From NCBI GenBank assembly GCA_965644295.1, contig CBFFRP010000169.1, positions 1-64,000 on the forward strand: a stretch of 64,000 nt of DNA, in the 5' to 3' direction. Under the pieces are notes generated by a model that saw only the letters and a list, made by a program, of their open reading frames with translations, was not told where the DNA came from and made no database searches. Numbering within the stretch: position 1 is the first letter of the stretch; each line of letters opens with the position of its first letter. Shown here piece after piece: positions 59,653 to 64,000 of the stretch. This DNA is from Paraphysomonas bandaiensis (taxonomy: Eukaryota; Protista; Chrysophyceae). The position numbers and the translations under genes are program-made.

Positions 59653-60614
59653 TGGTTATATATTGCGCGGACGTTTGGCATACGGAGGGCATAGCTTCAT
59701 GCGATTCGATTTCTTGTTTGGTACTGAACGGTGTTGTTTTGATGTTATACCGTAAATGGTAGGTATTGAAGGTGGTATTACGATTGTTAGTTTTCGCAAA
59801 GGTGTAGTTCGAATTCTGATAGCCCGTGAAGTGCTCATTTTATTTCCGTATCATGAAATGAAACAATTCGTGGGAGAATACATAATTTTGGCAGTTTGAT
59901 GTATTAACTAGATCTACATCTCGTAAGGGCTCTAAACCATCAATTTTCGCCTCATATAATTGTGGACACGTAAGAGTTATCGACAGTGCAACGTGGTAAT
60001 ACTTGTAAACAGTATGTCTAGATATCTAGTCAATTTCGATTTTGGTATATTCATTCTTACATTCTCAATGCCGGGCGGTATACATATTGCATGGTATAAA
60101 ACATGAGGATATATATGGGGAAAGTAAAAAGCAAATAGCTGCCCCGATTGATAAACTGGGCTTATCTGAAATTACTCTGGTTAAAACTCCACAGATTCAA
60201 CATACACCTACACTACTTTCACTGTATGCTACATTTTTTTGATTCATTGCACTTACGCTTCTATTACTGGACTCTACGACTCTCTACTGTAGTATGTGAA
60301 AAGGGAGTGCCTTCTTTATTGCTGTTACATTGAAAAGTGTCAGTAAATTCATTAGAATAAAGATTTGTATAGTCATAAGGTATTAGCACAAAAGTACCAG
60401 TTTAACCGGTACTGCGTAGTAGCTACAGAAAATTGATGTAGATAAGTACATGCGTACATATTGGGCTTGAGCCCCTCTACTATACAGTACTCATGAAAAC
60501 TTCATAAACTTCAAACTGTACAGCATATAACTTTTGATTTCAACATATACACGAGGGTCAATATTATTAAAATTCATTCCAATCATATACTGTCTCTACT
60601 ACCACAACGATAGA

Positions 60615-62590
60615 TCAATCGAAGCCTCCTAGCTCATTTATTTCGGCCATAAAACTCTCATATACATCATCTACAGATGCGCTATTATCTGTACTAGTGG
60701 TTCTTGCCTCCTTTTTACCGCTGTTAGTGCTTTCTCCACGAGGTTGTGCTCCAGGAGCTCGAACTTTGTCATCGGTGGAAGTTTCAACTCTCCTGAATTT
60801 AGCTAAAGTGGCAGCCGTGGATTGTTTACTAGCTTCTTGCTGCTGTCTCTTTACTCTCAGTGCAGCAGGGACGAATGACACAAGCTCAGCCCCCACCTTG
60901 ACTAGCTTCGGTCCCTGTACCTTTTTTACCCCCACAGGTACCGGTACATCCACTCCTGTGTATCCTGATGATTCATTTTGGCTTCGTCCAGCTTCGCTGT
61001 CCGACGATGACGGTACAGAAGGACCAATCGAGGGTCCAACGGACGGGTATTGATCTATATGGGGACCATAGGTTTCACCAGACGGGCCCTGAGGTCCTAC
61101 AGTAGGATAGCTTCCTGCAAGCGGTCCCACCGGTGGGCCGCTAGGCCCTAAAACAGGCCCTTCGGGAAGTGCAGCCGAGGGTGCTGTGCTATCTTCGCTA
61201 ACGGCCTGCCTCCTCCGACGCATGAGCTCTGCCAGATCAACAGTTGGCCCAACTGATGTTGAAGGAGAAGGTTCAACTGAAGCTACTTTATCTTCGTGTA
61301 CAACCTCCCTCCTGCGTCGCATGAGCTCTGCAAGGTCCACTGTACCGCCTTCGGTACCAGAAGTTGGTGCGGGCATAGGAGAGGGTGTGGTCGTACTTGT
61401 CTCAACCGGTTGTTGCACTGAAACAACAGGACTGTGTTCTGGGAGCTGTGGGCCAGATACTACTTCTAGATGCTGCTCATCCTTTTCGGCAGATGGTGGC
61501 TGAGAAGTCGCTGTAGTGCTACTGCCATTACTGGGGTGTACGTATCTTTCGGTGTACCCTTCTGCCGCGGGATCCAAAGGATCCACCACTGGCACTTGAG
61601 ACCGTTGTCTTGGTGCATGATGTGCAGGCATACGCGAAGGCTGAGCTCCAGGTGTCTGATGAGGATAACCGCTAGACTGGGGAAGATAGCCACCCATTGG
61701 CACTGGGGGGGCGGAGGAAATATTTCCAGGTGGTCTTGGAGGCGGGAGCGGTACTCCATGCATACCTCCCACAGGTAGCGGTGCACTACGTCCATTAGGT
61801 GGTACTCCCCGTAAAAATGGTGCACCTGTAACTCCTGGCTGCATACCAGGCACACTAGGTGGCATTCTAGGGGGCGGAGGCGGCGGAGGAGGAACGGTAC
61901 CAGCTCCATCTACAGGTCCTTGAGGACGGTACATGGGTGGTTGACCAGGAGGTGGTGCTCCAGTGGGGTTAAACACGGGGTGATAGTACACACTTTCTTC
62001 AGGTTTACGGGGTGCCGGAGCAGGTGGTGCGGCCGCTGAAGTACGCTCTTGGCCATCAGATGAAGCTCCAACGCCCTATATAAGCTCATGTCATACTAAT
62101 CATTTACCATGCATACCGTTAAGTATATAACATGGGTCAATAATGGACCACAACAAGATTCAGTCGATAAATATGATTTCTTACCTTCGCCCTCTGTTTT
62201 CTGTCTGCAACGATCTTCATTGCTTTCAACTATATGACACATACACATCAAATTCCAAGCACACACAATAATGATAGAGCACCTCCTTGAGACGATCCTT
62301 AAGTCCTTTATCCAGTTTATTGGCATCTGATTCTTTTTGTACACGACGAATCTAAACAATTGCACATCAGACTTCACACAAGCGACATAGCATCACAGAC
62401 AGCACCTCATTCTCTATCTGCTCAGGGTTGTTAAGCAGATTGGCAACTTCCCTGACTTTCTCTCTTTCTTTCTTACTCTTTTTAATTTCCTGTATATCTA
62501 TTATTAATATAAGGAATAGCAGGTATGGCTGTCTACCTTCTTCTTCTGCTCCTTACGATAAGCATCCGCTGGATTGAGACCTTTACCCAT
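60615..62590 (-). CDS. WBP11: WW domain-binding protein 11 (splicing factor), multi-exon
   Basis: N-terminus MGKGLNPADAYRKEQKKK|EIKKSKKER...; Pro-rich middle; C-terminal FVPAALRVKR and DDVYESFMAEINEL. Confidence 0.85.
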
Positions 62591-63070
62591 TATAAATCCA
62601 CGTTTAAATTAAGTCCACAAGTAATTATTCATAGCGCTGTTGGGAAGGAGTTAACAATGTATGAACACACTGACAGAGTGCGTTTGTATAGCCACTATGG
62701 ACAGAGGCGATTTAACGAGCCACAGCATACACATCTAGATTCCACATATATTTCAGTTTTATTATTTCCGTCTATTCAAGATACGCTTATGCTACCGTAT
62801 AATCAGTGTATTTCCAGGATTTCTTCTTTGTCCGTGTTTTTTCTTCTTCATTTGAGTCCAAAAAGCTGACAATTTCTTGACTCATCTCAACATGCTGCAT
62901 ATGGAGATCAACTACTGCCTGTATATATTCACTTATCTCATCACTCCTCTGGCATTCTTACGCCATATTACTCTTCTCTTGAATGAGAAGACACCGAGGC
63001 GAATGAGTGTATAAAATGACCTTTGAATCACTATTTCTTTTACTCAATATGCTCCTGTGAGCCGTGAATC

Positions 63071-64000
63071 ATGACTGATATTCAGAGTTCATTTAAACAA
63101 AAGACTAAACAAATTATATATGATGGCATTCAGAAGTCCTTTGAGATAGTCGTATCCTGTCATGATAAAAACTGTGTGCCGAGAGTAGAAGCGCCCAGTG
63201 GCCGTCACTCTGACAGCACAAACTTCGACTATATTAAATATAAGACTAAAGAGTTAAAACAGAATCTTCATACGCCTTATGTACTTGATTTGTTCCTTGA
63301 TGTCGACAACAATAAAGGTGTGAAGAGTTTGCTACTAGAACGGTGGAATATTCACTATGACACGAAACGTCGGGATACGAAGGAAGGCCGGATCAGTTCC
63401 GTCAACAAGCATATTGGTATCATGATGCGAACGTTGTATTGCTTTGTGCGTTTGTTACCGGCCTTTCAGCTGTCCACTCAGTCAAGACAGTGTCCTATAT
63501 CGTTTCGGATATACAACGCTGAATCTGGGTTCGAGAATAGGGATAGATTCGAGACAAGCGTCATGAGTTATGCATTTCCACCTATTCCTACCCCATTCGG
63601 CAATCTCACCCTCACCCTGAGGTACCTGGACTCTGAGAGCATCAAGGTCAGTTTTTGTGTTACATGAGTGCACAGAGGTATAATGAATTATGATCAGGCA
63701 ATATACAGCGAGGATGTTCCTGCTCAACTTCCCTCACCTGCTCAAGGGCACAAAGAAAGAGAGAGAGCTGATAGCAGTGAAGGTATATATTATTTTCACT
63801 GCAATGTTATTGATGTTTAGCCGTATGTCGTTACCATGTTTACATTCACTGAGTATATGATCCTTGACAGACCAGAGGAGGCGAAGCCTTGATAGGAGGA
63901 GACACTCTGTAGCTCTTACTCATGACCCCATTCCGATTCCTAATTCGCGGCACGGCCAGCCCAGTTCGTCAGGTAATTTGATTACTTTGGAGGTGTCATA
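63071..64000 (+). CDS. ATG13: Autophagy-related protein 13, N-terminal HORMA domain (partial; continues past window end)
   Basis: LDLFL...LLERWNIHY...IMMRTLYCFVRLLPAF...FPPIPTPFGNLTLTLRY, followed by short introns and Pro/Ser-rich exons. Confidence 0.8.

Noticed and set aside
61466-61909. Overlapping ORFs within WBP11 (also 60697-61053, 61186-61503)
   Set aside because: Shadows of GC-rich Pro-rich coding sequence.
1-64000. tRNA, rRNA or other structured RNA genes
   Set aside because: None recognisable by eye; tRNAscan-SE/Infernal would be needed to exclude them.

Overview
Eukaryotic nuclear DNA with short GT-AG introns (the four I measured are 38-50 nt) and the standard code. The gene content suggests a flagellated stramenopile, probably chrysophyte-like; this is an inference from the PT-stalk/REJ surface proteins, the multi-TM hybrid histidine kinase and the p25-alpha protein. 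The first ~9.2 kb is a nest of mobile elements: an intact Ty1/copia retrotransposon with apparently identical, non-canonical TATT...AATA LTRs, inserted in a GGAGAC-TIR DNA element with a 2-bp TSD, followed by a 189-bp MITE of the same family. The remainder holds about 13 host genes, 12 of them in head-to-head pairs: DEDDy exonuclease / WS-DGAT; ECHDC3 / MRH-domain protein; HMG-box / PNPOx-like; two giant REJ-type surface proteins; hybrid histidine kinase / TMEM14-like; WBP11 / ATG13. A p25alpha-IQ-p25alpha gene stands alone. Gene pairs are separated by TE debris (piggyBac, hAT, possible LINE, unclassified repeats). The best candidate for an undescribed system is the divergent paralogous pair of giant membrane proteins at 31560-39063 (-) and 42232-54840 (+). 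They share a ~330-aa extracellular module of three H-type-lectin-like subunits on a P/T/S stalk, a REJ-like region, and a GPS-like motif that lacks the autoproteolytic HL(T/S) and is followed by an RXL motif. One protein is single-pass; the other is multi-pass and polycystin-1-like. A recurring ACAGCAGTATAC / GTATACCGGTATAC motif lies in several divergent promoters. All family calls come from motif recognition by eye; no database search was run.
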